Notes: generated by a model from the sequence alone, not told the origin. A stretch of DNA of 51,504 nucleotides from Octopus bimaculoides (GCF_001194135.2 NC_068987.1:55594698-55646201), one strand, 5' to 3'; counted from the first letter of the stretch, positions 1 to 12,062 are shown. Numbers and translations are program-made.

Positions 1-78
1 GTATGTAACCACATGTGAACCGTTGGCGATTTTTTTTCCTCCGTCTTCTTTTTTTATTGGACTTTTCTCTGTCTCCTG

Positions 79-111
79 TTTCCGAAGAAGAGCTTAGCTC
101 GAAACGTAAAG
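79..111 (+). ncRNA. Degenerate minimal type I hammerhead-like motif in a PLE-type tail repeat (about 1-210)
   Basis: ttt-CCGAAGA-a-GAGC-tta-GCTC-GAAAC-GTA-aag; U4>C in core; related to the repeat at 37020-37210 (minus). Confidence 0.45.
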
Positions 112-211
112 CCACACTTCTTTCCTTCCTTGAGCGTTTGCTAATACTTTACATGTACAACGTCCTCGCGTTGTTGTTCTTGTGTGTGTTTGTTCTTCGT
201 TTTGGATTTAC

Positions 212-242
<31 letters not shown>

Positions 243-809
243 CTACATACGTACATACATACGTACATACATACATACATACATATATATACATACATAC
301 ATACATACATATACACACACAAACACACATATGTTCATATGTTTTGAAAGTTACTCTAGTTAAGAATAAATGATTTATTTCAGATTTCCTTCAAATATCG
401 TTATTTACTTGCCAGATATTTCATTTAATTATTTAAGATTACTATTTTTGTATTTGTAACCAAGCTTTTGATTTTAGCTATACTTAGGTTGCTTTTATTA
501 CAAATGCATGTTCGTTTCTTTTTGTTAGAAAGCCAAAAAAAAAAAAACATTCGATCAAAGCCAGAAACCCTCTGGTATGAAACATCCTACAATGAATGTA
601 TCATATAAATATAAGTTGACCGGAAATTCATTAGTCTCCATTAGTCTTTTACCTCACTCATCACCACCCTCTTTCCTTCTGTTGCTTAACACTGTTACTC
701 TTTTCTTTGGGTTCTTCTTCCTTTCTTTTACTATTCTTCTACGTTTGTACATTTTTCTTCTGCGCTCTCTTCCTTGTAAATTATATATACATACATACAT
801 ACATGGACA

Positions 810-851
<42 letters not shown>

Positions 852-1000
852 TAAATGTAATGAGAAGCAAGTTAGGCAAATCGATTTACACAGTATATTA
901 AAAACATTTAATAGAAAAAATGTACTTGTGTATAGATATAACAAACTTCGACTTATAGAATATAAATGATATCAGGCGTTAAATGGGTAGTGTTTTACGA

Positions 1001-1092
1001 ACCCAAGAGCTGTTTCTAGGGATTTGGTGGTCCGGTATAATGATAATTACTTGGATCCATTATTGGATAACACCGCCTCCGTCTTCAGAGGA
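1001..1092 (-). ncRNA. Degenerate hammerhead-like motif with long branched stem II
   Basis: Minus strand: cct-CTGAAGA-cggaggcgg...atcca-ataa-tggat...ccaccaaatccct-a-GAAAC-agct-CTT-ggg; stem III looks like a decayed ACAGCTGT palindrome. Confidence 0.4.
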
Positions 1093-1322
1093 GAATTTTA
1101 CATTTGAGAATTTTACATTTCTGGTGTTGATAGTGAAAACTGATCGTCCTATATTAAAGATGAAATGATTTTTTTTGGAGAGCTAAATGTGTTAGGAAGG
1201 GGAGCTGCAGGTGTTTAGACAGGGAGTAGTGGAAGGTACTCCCACTACTATTTCAGACAGATTGTGTGTCGATAACTAGCTGGAAAGCATGTTTCCTGGG
1301 ATTAAAAGGACACACACACACA

Positions 1323-1858
1323 CATACAAATACACACACATATTCATGTATATGTATATAATTTATATTCATTTAAAAGAAGTAAAGGAAATGGAGATGA
1401 AGANNNNNNNNNNNNNNNNNNNNNNNNNNNNNNNNNNNNNNNNNNNNNNNNNNNNNNNNNNNNNNNNNNNNNNNNNNNNNNNNNNNNNNNNNNNNNNNNN
1501 NNNNNNNNNNNNNNNNNNNNNNNNNNNNNNNNNNNNNNNNNNNNNNNNNNNNNNNNNNNNNNNNNNNNNNNNNNNNNNNNNNNNNNNNNNNNNNNNNNNN
1601 NNNNNNNNNNNNNNNNNNNNNNNNNNNNNNNNNNNNNNNNNNNNNNNNNNNNNNNNNNNNNNNNNNNNNNNNNNNNNNNNNNNNNNNNNNNNNNNNNNNN
1701 NNNNNNNNNNNNNNNNNNNNNNNNNNNNNNNNNNNNNNNNNNNNNNNNNNNNNNNNNNNNNNNNNNNNNNNNNNNNNCATACAAATACACACACATATTC
1801 ATGTATATGTATATAATTTATATTCATTTAAAAGAAGTAAAGGAAATGGAGATGAAGA
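1323..1858. other. Identical 81-bp sequence on both sides of an N gap (probable assembly overlap artefact)
   Basis: 1323-1403 is identical to 1778-1858. Confidence 0.85.
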
Positions 1859-1877
1859 AGTTAACAATTGTTTAGTA

Positions 1878-2085
1878 TTAACAGCAAATTGGTCATCTTC
1901 ACTTACAACCGTTTCAGTTAATACTCTAAGTCTGCTAAAATGAATTCATAAGCACGCATATAACATCCAAGTGTACATCTTTTTTCTTCTGATGATATTG
2001 TGCTCATGTCACATTAATGTAAATTTAACGTCTATTGAGTATTAATTGAAACGGCTGTAAGTGAAGATGACCAATTTGTTGTCAA
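1878..2085. mobile_element. MITE-like fold-back element, about 50-bp inverted arms, TA on both flanks
   Basis: caaattggtcatcttcacttacaaccgtttcagttaatactc (1885-1926) vs gagtattaattgaaacggctgtaagtgaagatgaccaatttg (2037-2078); TA at 1876-77 and 2086-87. Confidence 0.8.
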
Positions 2086-2331
2086 TAATCTCCATTTTCT
2101 TTTTCCTCTTTTGAATAGATATAAACTGTGTTTTTATATATACCTATTATTTTAAGAGAATCCATTCCTCAAAAATACTAGGTACTGAAACCGTGTTTCC
2201 TTGGGTGAAACCATCCCTTCAGGAGGTTTACACATCCTCTAATTAAATTTATATTCTTCTTTTTCCACTGAGGAGAATGGTAATATGTAATCAAATTAAT
2301 TTAATTATAATTATAATTAATATAATTTTTT

Positions 2332-2381
2332 CCATGTCTCATACATGTTGGTGTTACCATTCGAAACGATCGTATGCATGG
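2332..2381 (+). ncRNA. Decayed hammerhead-like motif (3' half intact)
   Basis: ccatg...tggt-gtt-acca-ttc-GAAAC-gatc-GTA-tgcatgg; palindromic stem III ACGATCGT; CUGANGA box decayed. Confidence 0.35.
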
Positions 2382-2616
2382 ATTAAAATCTTATAAAATT
2401 TTTAACATCTCCATTTTTAATTGCTTGTTGGGTTTATATAGGATACGTGTTCTATAAATGCTCACAACACACCTTATACTTGTAAATTTTTCATATTTTT
2501 CTACAAAAAAATAATTACAATAGAAAACTACAAATTTAATATGAAGAATTTTATTAGAAATCTAGCTTTGGACCCCCGCCCAAGTAAAAGAATGAAATTG
2601 AACTCAACCTTTCTCA

Positions 2617-2786
2617 TATATATAAAAAATGCTAAATGGGACAAGAACGCACCTGAGGAAAGAAAACTCCGAATGACCCGTCCTTGTTTTCTTTGTATCG
2701 TCTATCTGGATGTTTTGTTGTCCCTTTTCTGTATCACCTGTCTGGATGTTTTGCGTTCTTGTCCCGTTTCGTATTTTTTATATATA
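2617..2786. repeat. Dispersed repeat with about 35-bp inverted ends; related copy at 18201-18330
   Basis: tatatataaaaaatgctaaatgggacaagaacgca ... tgcgttcttgtcccgtttcgtattttttatatata; shared interior gaaagaaaactccgaatgacc. Confidence 0.7.
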
Positions 2787-3747
2787 AAAACATATAGCGG
2801 TGTACGTACACTTTGGCCNNNNNNNNNNNNNNNNNNNNNNNNNNNNNNNNNNNNNNNNNNNNNNNNNNNNNNNNNNNNNNNNNNNNNNNNNNNNNNNNNN
2901 NNNNNNNNNNNNNNNNNNNNNNNNNNNNNNNNNNNNNNNNNNNNNNNNNNNNNNNNNNNNNNNNNNNNNNNNNNNNNNNNNNNNNNNNNNNNNNNNNNNN
3001 NNNNNNNNNNNNNNNNNNNNNNNNNNNNNNNNNNNNNNNNNNNNNNNNNNNNNNNNNNNNNNNNNNNNNNNNNNNNNNNNNNNNNNNNNNNNNNNNNNNN
3101 NNNNNNNNNNNNNNNNNNNNNNNNNNNNNNNNNNNNNNNNNNNNNNNNNNNNNNNNNNNNNNNNNNNNNNNNNNNNNNNNNNNNNNNNNNNNNNNNNNNN
3201 NNNNNNNNNNNNNNNNNNNNNNNNNNNNNNNNNNNNNNNNNNNNNNNNNNNNNNNNNNNNNNNNNNNNNNNNNNNNNNNNNNNNNNNNNNNNNNNNNNNN
3301 NNNNNNNNNNNNNNNNNNNNNNNNNNNNNNNNNNNNNNNNNNNNNNNNNNNNNNNNNNNNNNNNNNNNNNNNNNNNNNNNNNNNNNNNNNNNNNNNNNNN
3401 NNNNNNNNNNNNNNNNNNNNNNNNNNNNNNNNNNNNNNNNNNNNNNNNNNNNNNNNNNNNNNNNNNNNNNNNNNNNNNNNNNNNNNNNNNNNNNNNNNNN
3501 NNNNNNNNNNNNNNNNNNNNNNNNNNNNNNNNNNNNNNNNNNNNNNNNNNNNNNNNNNNNNNNNNNNNNNNNNNNNNNNNNNNNNNNNNNNNNNNNNNNN
3601 NNNNNNNNNNNNNNNNNNNNNNNNNNNNNNNNNNNNNNNNNNNNNNNNNNNNNNNNNNNNNNNNNNNNNNNNNNNNNNNNNNNNNNNNNNNNNNNNNNNN
3701 NNNNNNNNNNNNNNNNNNNNNNNNNNNNNNNNNNNNNNNNGGGGGGG

Positions 3748-3844
3748 GGGGTCGATAAAATAAGTACCAGTTGAGTACTGGAGTCGACATAATCGACTTA
3801 GATCCTACCCCGAAATTTCTGGCCTTGTGTCCAAATTTGAAACC
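3748..3844 (+). mobile_element. 3' part of abundant SINE family (gtcgataaaataagtaccagttgag type)
   Basis: Homologous to copies at 33385, 34474, 51020 and 51245. Confidence 0.75.
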
Positions 3845-4018
3845 TATATATATAAAGTAACGGTTGTTATTGCCTCAACGTGGTTGTCCCGTACAGAAGA
3901 CTTACTACACTTTTTAACCCCAAGAGGACAACTCCCCCAGCTGGTTAACGACACACTATCTGTGTCCGTTATATTGCAAACAAGGGAGTGAACATCTCCC
4001 ATCTAGCGCTGACAGGAA

Positions 4019-4064
4019 CCAATGGAGCAGCTGGTTTCTGGGTATAATCCTTCGTCAGTACAGG
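4019..4064 (-). ncRNA. Hammerhead-like motif, partly decayed
   Basis: Minus strand: cctgta-CTGACGA-aGG-attata-CCca-GAAAC-cagctg-CTC-cattgg; stem III is one substitution from the palindrome ACCAGCTGGT. Confidence 0.45.
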
Positions 4065-4325
4065 TTATACCTGTTTGCTAGACATGGCAGTCGTTTGTCT
4101 TAGTTTGCAATATATAAACAAATAAGCCTGCTTTTGCGTCCTTCTTTCTCGATTCCTCTCTGATCTTTTTCTTATTTTACTAATGTCTATGAGTGTCTGT
4201 TTTGGAATTTCAAAGTATGGGGCAATAGCTGTCTTTTTCATCAAGCTATTCTTGTCACAGTATTCTAAAATTTCCAACTTTTTATCGGTGGTTAGAGTAC
4301 TCCTTTTCCTTTTCGAACTGCTCAT
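4065..4325 (-). pseudogene. Truncated pogo/Tigger transposase N-terminus (CENP-B-type HTH)
   Basis: KRKRSTLTTDKKLEILEY...KTAIAPYFEIPKQTLIDI resembles the CENP-B/Tigger psq-type HTH. Confidence 0.7.
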
Positions 4326-5092
4326 CTTGGATGGAAATGGAAAGTTCAACACGAAAAAATACAAATTCGCACAGCAAAACGACATAAACGTGACAAAAAT
4401 GCATGAATCTTTGTGGTTTTCGTCAATGTAAGTGAAAATCTCCAAAAAAAGTTTCTAATGTAGTATATAGATGTAATTTGTGACGCTGAATCTGAATTTG
4501 TTATTCATTTATTTAAAAATTTCGCGAAAATGTTACAGATGTTCAAAGTTTGATAAATTTCAGAATTTTCAGCCAATCAGAAAACAACGCGTTCGCTGCC
4601 TCTTCTATCGTCAGTCACAGTAGCGAAAGGTGGGGGCGCTGACATGTCAAAACATTAGAAATAACGGCAAAAAACATTAAAACATATGCGAGCAAATTAA
4701 ATATCCAAAAGCTACGAGCAAATCAACTAGGGTTGCTAGAAACATTAAAATATACAGGAGCAAAGTAAACAGTGTAAAACATTAAAACATACGCGAGCAA
4801 ATTGAATATTTAAAAGCTACGAGCAAACCAACTGGATTTGCTAGAAGTAAGTCAAAACATTGCTTAAAACAGACATTTATAAGTTGAGATATAACCGAGG
4901 AAATTTACATTGTTTTTGACCATTGAAGTCGAGAAAAATCGCCCGTTATAAGCGATTGTTCGTTAGATCCGAGTCCATTATAGGAGCCGAAATCTATCTG
5001 AAATTTTCATTACAAAAATCCGGACCGGACAATTTTGTCTGTTATAAGTGATTGTCCGTTATATCCGTGTCCGTTATGTCAGAAGACTACTG
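4065..5092 (-). mobile_element. 5' portion of a Tigger/pogo-like DNA transposon
   Basis: End CAGTAGTCTTCTGACATAACGGAC at 5092 next to TA; N-terminal CENP-B-like HTH MSSSKRKRSTLTTDKKLEILEYCDKN...YFEIPKQTL (4325 to 4065); imperfect ~104-bp internal tandem duplication at about 4676-4845. Confidence 0.75.
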
Positions 5093-5354
5093 TATTATGT
5101 CTCACCATCATTATCATTATAATAGCCATAAGCTCCATTGAACAGTTACTATGTTCTCATACTCCCGTGTTTTACAGTACTTCTAGACGAAATATCTTCA
5201 CATTTGGTAGACTTCCCTGAGGCGACGATTATTTCCTAACTTCTGTCGTCGTAAGATAATAAACTCCCAGTAAATGTATATATATACACACACACACGTA
5301 TATGTTTATACATACACATTTATATATGTGTATATGTATATGTATATGTACATA

Positions 5355-5584
5355 TAGGCCACTGGTAGTAGAAATTTCTAATATTTCTAATTACCCTTGA
5401 TAATATTAATTATTGATAATATCAATTATTGATAATATTAATTAAATATATATATATATATAATTAATTAATATTATCAATAATTAATATTATATATATA
5501 TATACATATATAATTAATATTATCAATAATTAATATTTTCAAGGGAAATTAGAAATATTAGAAATTTCTACTACCAGTGGCCTA
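5355..5584. repeat. About 230-bp imperfect palindrome centred on AT/TA microsatellite
   Basis: taggccactggtagtagaaatttctaatatttctaattacccttga ... tcaagggaaattagaaatattagaaatttctactaccagtggccta. Confidence 0.9.
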
Positions 5585-6300
5585 GCGTGTAAAGTTTAGT
5601 CAATAGACTATATATTATTCATATAAATACGGCGTACATTTAAACACATAAGAGGCATTCATCATATGGATTCTTTGCACGCTAGAAAGAACAGTTAAAT
5701 TCCATATCACTATTTAGGGATAAAACTTCGAAGGGATTACCATCTAACTCCTGGACCAATGGTTTCAGACTTATTTTAGCAAATAAAATAATTTGCTAGG
5801 TGAAGTTTTCTTTAGCAGGTACACCTTATATTAAACATATATACACGAGGCAATCCACTATATGCCCCACGCTTATACATTCTAATTTTTCAAACTTACC
5901 GTGCAAGCGCAGCTCCTTGTCGGCAGTAAATAGAATGCCGGCTTTTCAAATAAAAAATTATCCAGAAAAAATTTATCAATAATTAATATTATCAAGGATA
6001 ATGAGGAATATTAGAAATTTCTACTACCAGTGGCGTAGCGTGTAAAATTTAGTCAATAGACTATATATTATTCATATAAATACAATGTACATTTAAACAC
6101 ATAAGAGGCATTCATCATATGGATCCCTTGAACGCTAGAAAGAACAGTTAAATTCAATATGACTATTTAGGCATAAAACTTCGAAGGGAATGAAAAATAA
6201 AAACATTTACCATCTAACTCCTGGACCAATGGTTTCAGACTTATTTTAGCGAATAATATAATTTGCAAATCGAAAATTATCCAGAAAAAATTATCAATAA
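5517..6300 (+). repeat. Tandem duplication of a ~280-bp block (offset about 453 bp); a third unit start runs into the gap
   Basis: 5517-5796 resembles 5972-6266 (ctaccagtgg at 5571 and 6024); aaaattatccagaaaaa recurs near 5955 and 6273. Confidence 0.9.
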
Positions 6301-7026
6301 ATTCACACACATACACACACACANNNNNNNNNNNNNNNNNNNNNNNNNNNNNNNNNNNNNNNNNNNNNNNNNNNNNNNNNNNNNNNNNNNNNNNNNNNNN
6401 NNNNNNNNNNNNNNNNNNNNNNNNNNNNNNNNNNNNNNNNNNNNNNNNNNNNNNNNNNNNNNNNNNNNNNNNNNNNNNNNNNNNNNNNNNNNNNNNNNNN
6501 NNNNNNNNNNNNNNNNNNNNNNNNNNNNNNNNNNNNNNNNNNNNNNNNNNNNNNNNNNNNNNNNNNNNNNNNNNNNNNNNNNNNNNNNNNNNNNNNNNNN
6601 NNNNNNNNNNNNNNNNNNNNNNNNNNNNNNNNNNNNNNNNNNNNNNNNNNNNNNNNNNNNNNNNNNNNNNNNNNNNNNNNNNNNNNNNNNNNNNNNNNNN
6701 NNNNNNNNNNNNNNNNNNNNNNNNNNNNNNNNNNNNNNNNNNNNNNNNNNNNNNNNNNNNNNNNNNNNNNNNNNNNNNNNNNNNNNNNNNNNNNNNNNNN
6801 NNNNNNNNNNNNNNNNNNNNNNNNNNNNNNNNNNNNNNNNNNNNNNNNNNNNNNNNNNNNNNNNNNNNNNNNNNNNNNNNNNNNNNNNNNNNNNNNNNNN
6901 NNNNNNNNNNNNNNNNNNNNNNNNNNNNNNNNNNNNNNNNNNNNNNNNNNNNNNNNNNNNNNNNNNNNNNNNNNNNNNNNNNNNNNNNNNNNNNNNNNNN
7001 NNNNNNNATATATGTATAAACATATG

Positions 7027-7245
7027 CAGTAATCCCTCGACTATCTCGGGTTTTACGTTCCAAAACCCACGCGATAGGAGAAAATCCGCGATGTAGAAAC
7101 AGTACTGTACTGTATATTGTTTTTCAAAATTATTTTGATAATTTGTATTTGTTCATTTTATTATAAATGCAAAACAACACCACAGAGGAATAGTCATAAG
7201 CTTTAAACTGCGATAGGTGAACTGCGATATGGCGAGAGATTACTA
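7027..7245. mobile_element. Tigger-type MITE
   Basis: TIR-like ends CAGTAATCCCTCGACTATC ... GATATGGCGAGAGATTACTA followed by TA. Confidence 0.7.
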
Positions 7246-7253
7246 TATACAAA

Positions 7254-7568
7254 TACACTGGTACTCTGTCGCTTACGGTGAAATGTGTTCCAGTTGAATC
7301 GATCAAGAGAACAGCCTGCTCGTAAAGTTAACGTGCTAGTGGGTGAGCACTCCACAGACACGCATACTCTTAACATACAATGGAAATTCAGCGAAAGAAA
7401 GACAGTGACAAGGCTTGCCCCTTTGGAATGCAACTAATTATTGAATCGGCTGTGTCAGTTGGAGCAACGTGAAATAAAATGCCTTGCTGAAAGAAAGAAA
7501 CACCTCACCGGGAATCGAACACATGACCTTGCGATCGTATGCCAAATATCCACGCCACTAAGCCACGC
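7254..7568 (-). mobile_element. tRNA-derived SINE
   Basis: Minus-strand head gcgtggcttagtggcgtgg...gtgttcgattcccgg (A/B boxes); body shared with 28790-29143 (ggagcaacgtgaaataaa). Confidence 0.8.
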
Positions 7569-7682
7569 TTAGTATATCGACATACATATATACGTACATA
7601 CATATATGCGTACACACATACATGCATAAATACGTACATATACATACATATACACATACACGCACGCACGCACACGCACACG

Positions 7683-7687
<5 letters not shown>

Positions 7688-7771
<84 letters not shown>
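7688..7771 (+). repeat. (CA)n microsatellite
   Basis: Direct reading. Confidence 0.95.
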
Positions 7772-7773
<2 letters not shown>

Positions 7774-7810
7774 GAATAGAAAAGTTAGGGCGAGGTATTG
7801 TGATGTTACG

Positions 7811-8017
7811 TTAGATAAAAACTTGATAAGCTCGAAACAATGCGAAATGAAGAACAAAGTAAACTACAAAAGTGAAAACAGAACAGCGGTTGACGTTTTA
7901 CCTTGTATTTTTATATTTCGGGGTTATGACCCTTTCTTCAGGACACTTCAGTTGTTTTTCTGTTCTCACTTTGTATTTTATATTGCATTGTTTCAGCCTT
8001 ATCAAGCTTTTATCTGA
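7811..8017. mobile_element. Fold-back element with hammerhead-like core in its loop (minus strand)
   Basis: Arms ttagataaaaacttgataagctcgaaacaatgc...tacaaaagtgaaaacagaa (7811-7883) vs ttctgttctcactttgta...gcattgtttcagccttatcaagcttttatctga (7958-8017); loop on minus strand: CTGAAGA-aaGGG-tcataa-CCCc-GAAA. Confidence 0.65.
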
Positions 8018-9494
8018 TATACATATATACATACACATCCACACACATGTATGTTTACGAATCTATATGCAAACACACACATACACGCTCTCATATATTT
8101 ATAAATGTATGTAAACTTACACACACACCCACACCCACACCCACACATCTGCACGCACACACAAACACGCAAACACACATATATAGACATATACTGAAAT
8201 ATTAACCTACCTTCATGTATATATTAATGTATGTGTACAGGTATGTCTATATTCATATGTATATGCACATATATCTACGTTTACGTGTGTGTATATATAT
8301 ATATATATGTATATATATATGTATATANNNNNNNNNNNNNNNNNNNNNNNNNNNNNNNNNNNNNNNNNNNNNNNNNNNNNNNNNNNNNNNNNNNNNNNNN
8401 NNNNNNNNNNNNNNNNNNNNNNNNNNNNNNNNNNNNNNNNNNNNNNNNNNNNNNNNNNNNNNNNNNNNNNNNNNNNNNNNNNNNNNNNNNNNNNNNNNNN
8501 NNNNNNNNNNNNNNNNNNNNNNNNNNNNNNNNNNNNNNNNNNNNNNNNNNNNNNNNNNNNNNNNNNNNNNNNNNNNNNNNNNNNNNNNNNNNNNNNNNNN
8601 NNNNNNNNNNNNNNNNNNNNNNNNNNNNNNNNNNNNNNNNNNNNNNNNNNNNNNNNNNNNNNNNNNNNNNNNNNNNNNNNNNNNNNNNNNNNNNNNNNNN
8701 NNNNNNNNNNNNNNNNNNNNNNNNNNNNNNNNNNNNNNNNNNNNNNNNNNNNNNNNNNNNNNNNNNNNNNNNNNNNNNNNNNNNNNNNNNNNNNNNNNNN
8801 NNNNNNNNNNNNNNNNNNNNNNNNNNNNNNNNNNNNNNNNNNNNNNNNNNNNNNNNNNNNNNNNNNNNNNNNNNNNNNNNNNNNNNNNNNNNNNNNNNNN
8901 NNNNNNNNNNNNNNNNNNNNNNNNNNNNNNNNNNNNNNNNNNNNNNNNNNNNNNNNNNNNNNNNNNNNNNNNNNNNNNNNNNNNNNNNNNNNNNNNNNNN
9001 NNNNNNNNNNNNNNNNNNNNNNNNNNNNNNNNNNNNNNNNNNNNNNNNNNNNNNNNNNNNNNNNNNNNNNNNNNNNNNNNNNNNNNNNNNNNNNNNNNNN
9101 NNNNNNNNNNNNNNNCCGACATACACACTTACACACACATATATATATGATGAATTGAACTGGTCCGGGTACGACCTCTTGACAAGTCAAAAATTACCCT
9201 GTAAGCCTGCCATGAGAGGACAACCGCCAGCCGCTGTTCTAGTATTAGACAAGCTTTGTTTAGATAACTTTTCAAGGGTCCTTTCTAATTAATACCTGAG
9301 CAGGGCTAGCCCTGAAAAAGGCGTCTCACTCAATCGAGATACTACCGAATCTGTCCATCACCTAAGTTTGGAAAAGGAAACCCTGTGACTAATATCCCAA
9401 GTCTTCTACATGCAGGTTTTCCGTTTACTTAATTTCTACTGGTTAAGTTGTATATGTTCCACTAATCTCCATCAGCGCATGACTTTTTCTCAAA

Positions 9495-9544
9495 GAAGTT
9501 TTCTGCATGAAATTAATTACCTGAATGAAACGTATATAGACTTC
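9495..9544 (+). ncRNA. Decayed hammerhead-like motif
   Basis: gaagtttt-CTG(C)ATGA-...-GAAAC-GTA-tatagacttc; stem I gaagt/acttc. Confidence 0.35.
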
Positions 9545-9813
9545 AAAAAGAACAGCTTTTCTACTGGTGACTGATTATATGCTGAGAAGACCAGAGGTTT
9601 GATGATCTTTAAGTTTTACACCAGAGCATCTTTGCTCTTAAACAGATGTTTAAGGAAAATTTAATACATACGTGCATACACTCGTGCATATACATACCTA
9701 TACACCTATACATATGCACACACACACACACATATATACACTTGATATATAGATATATAGATATATGCGAAAAATATAAAACACTATACATTGATTTACA
9801 TGTATATATATAA

Positions 9814-9845
<32 letters not shown>

Positions 9846-9914
9846 GTATATATATAAATACGTATGTGTATATGAATATATACGTATATATTATTATATG
9901 TATGTATATTTATG

Positions 9915-9966
<52 letters not shown>

Positions 9967-10039
9967 NNNNNNNNNNNNNNNNNNNNNNNNNNNNNNNNNN
10001 NNNNNNNNNNNNNNNNNNNNNNNNNNNNNNNNNNNNNNN

Positions 10040-10086
<47 letters not shown>

Positions 10087-10089
<3 letters not shown>

Positions 10090-10104
10090 CAGATAGATAG
10101 GTAG

Positions 10105-10181
<77 letters not shown>

Positions 10182-10202
10182 CAGATAGATAGATTGATAG
10201 AT
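10087..10202 (+). repeat. (AGAT)n microsatellite
   Basis: Direct reading. Confidence 0.95.
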
Positions 10203-10715
10203 ATGTTCATGTATAACTATATGTGTTATTGCGTTGAGTGCGAGATTTGTTTAAAAGTAATAAAAGTTGAAGAGAGCATTCTTACCTTCTCCAAATGAGT
10301 CAGTATTGTTGCCAAAGTCGAATAGAGACCTAGGCCCTGTACCTTAAATGTTTTATAGCTACACTTCTTTCAAAGGGGTTGGGTTCACGTTTATCTAATA
10401 AAAAAGGTGGGTTGATATAGGTATCAGTCTCCACAATGCCAATTATGACGAAGTATGTGGGAAGTTGTAAGTGGTATTGGTTGTAAATGATATTAGCGGT
10501 GTTGGCAGTCTAAGCGAGGGTTACGAGGGTTGGGTTAATCGAATGAAAGTTGCTTTGCTAGATATGAAAATCTGTAACTTTAAAAGCTGTGGGTGGATAC
10601 ACCTGGCCTATCTGGAATGTCATGATGTCTCTAACTTCACCGTTCGCACGCACTGTTCGTCACCCCACCTCTCTTAATCTCTCTCTTTCTTTCTTTCTCT
10701 CTCTCTTTCTCTCTC

Positions 10716-10747
<32 letters not shown>

Positions 10748-11065
10748 GCTCGCTCTTTCTCTCTTACTCGTGTATTAACGATGTAAAGATGTGGTGATAT
10801 GATGTTTGCTGTGATATGAAGATGTGAGAAGGATGTGTTCGTAAGCAATCCGTGAGAGGAAATGATATACGAAACATGTATATAAATGAATAGTTGCAAT
10901 ACATACACCATATATGCATATAGAATAAGTCAATAAGTGCACACAAACACACACACACACATTCACACACATTCACACACAAACAGATATACTTTGTTTA
11001 TGAATATATTCATACGTACATACGAACATACATACATGCAGATATATACATACATACGTACATAC

Positions 11066-11111
<46 letters not shown>

Positions 11112-12062
11112 TTTGTATATACATGAATGAATATGTATATCTGTATAAATACATACATACATACATACACACNNNNNNNNNNNNNNNNNNNNNNNNNNNN
11201 NNNNNNNNNNNNNNNNNNNNNNNNNNNNNNNNNNNNNNNNNNNNNNNNNNNNNNNNNNNNNNNNNNNNNNNNNNNNNNNNNNNNNNNNNNNNNNNNNNNN
11301 NNNNNNNNNNNNNNNNNNNNNNNNNNNNNNNNNNNNNNNNNNNNNNNNNNNNNNNNNNNNNNNNNNNNNNNNNNNNNNNNNNNNNNNNNNNNNNNNNNNN
11401 NNNNNNNNNNNNNNNNNNNNNNNNNNNNNNNNNNNNNNNNNNNNNNNNNNNNNNNNNNNNNNNNNNNNNNNNNNNNNNNNNNNNNNNNNNNNNNNNNNNN
11501 NNNNNNNNNNNNNNNNNNNNNNNNNNNNNNNNNNNNNNNNNNNNNNNNNNNNNNNNNNNNNNNNNNNNNNNNNNNNNNNNNNNNNNNNNNNNNNNNNNNN
11601 NNNNNNNNNNNNNNNNNNNNNNNNNNNNNNNNNNNNNNNNNNNNNNNNNNNNNNNNNNNNNNNNNNNNNNNNNNNNNNNNNNNNNNNNNNNNNNNNNNNN
11701 NNNNNNNNNNNNNNNNNNNNNNNNNNNNNNNNNNNNNNNNNNNNNNNNNNNNNNNNNNNNNNNNNNNNNNNNNNNNNNNNNNNNNNNNNNNNNNNNNNNN
11801 NNNNNNNNNNNNNNNNNNNNNNNNNNNNNNNNNNNNNNNNNNNNNNNNNNNNNNNNNNNNNNNNNNNNNNNNNNNNNNNNNNNNNNNNNNNNNNNNNNNN
11901 NNNNNNNNNNNNNNNNNNNNNNNNNNNNNNNNNNNNNNNNNNNNNNNNNNNNNNNNNNNNNNNNNNNNNNNNNNNNNNNNNNNNNNNNNNNNNNNNNNNN
12001 NNNNNNNNNNNNNNNNNNNNNNNNNNNNNNNNNNNNNNNNNNNNNNNNNNNNNNNNNNNNNN

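Noticed and set aside
1323-1858. 81-bp direct repeat as a real duplication or LTR pair
   Set aside because: Fully identical and abutting a gap on both sides; typical unmerged contig overlap.
4580-4615. Minus-strand CTGACGA...CGAACGCGTT as a hammerhead
   Set aside because: No stem II, GAAA lacks an A, and it lies within the Tigger 5' region.
7500-7568. tRNA gene (also heads at 12451, 20729, 29070-29143)
   Set aside because: Only A/B boxes; each continues into a SINE body and no full cloverleaf is evident.
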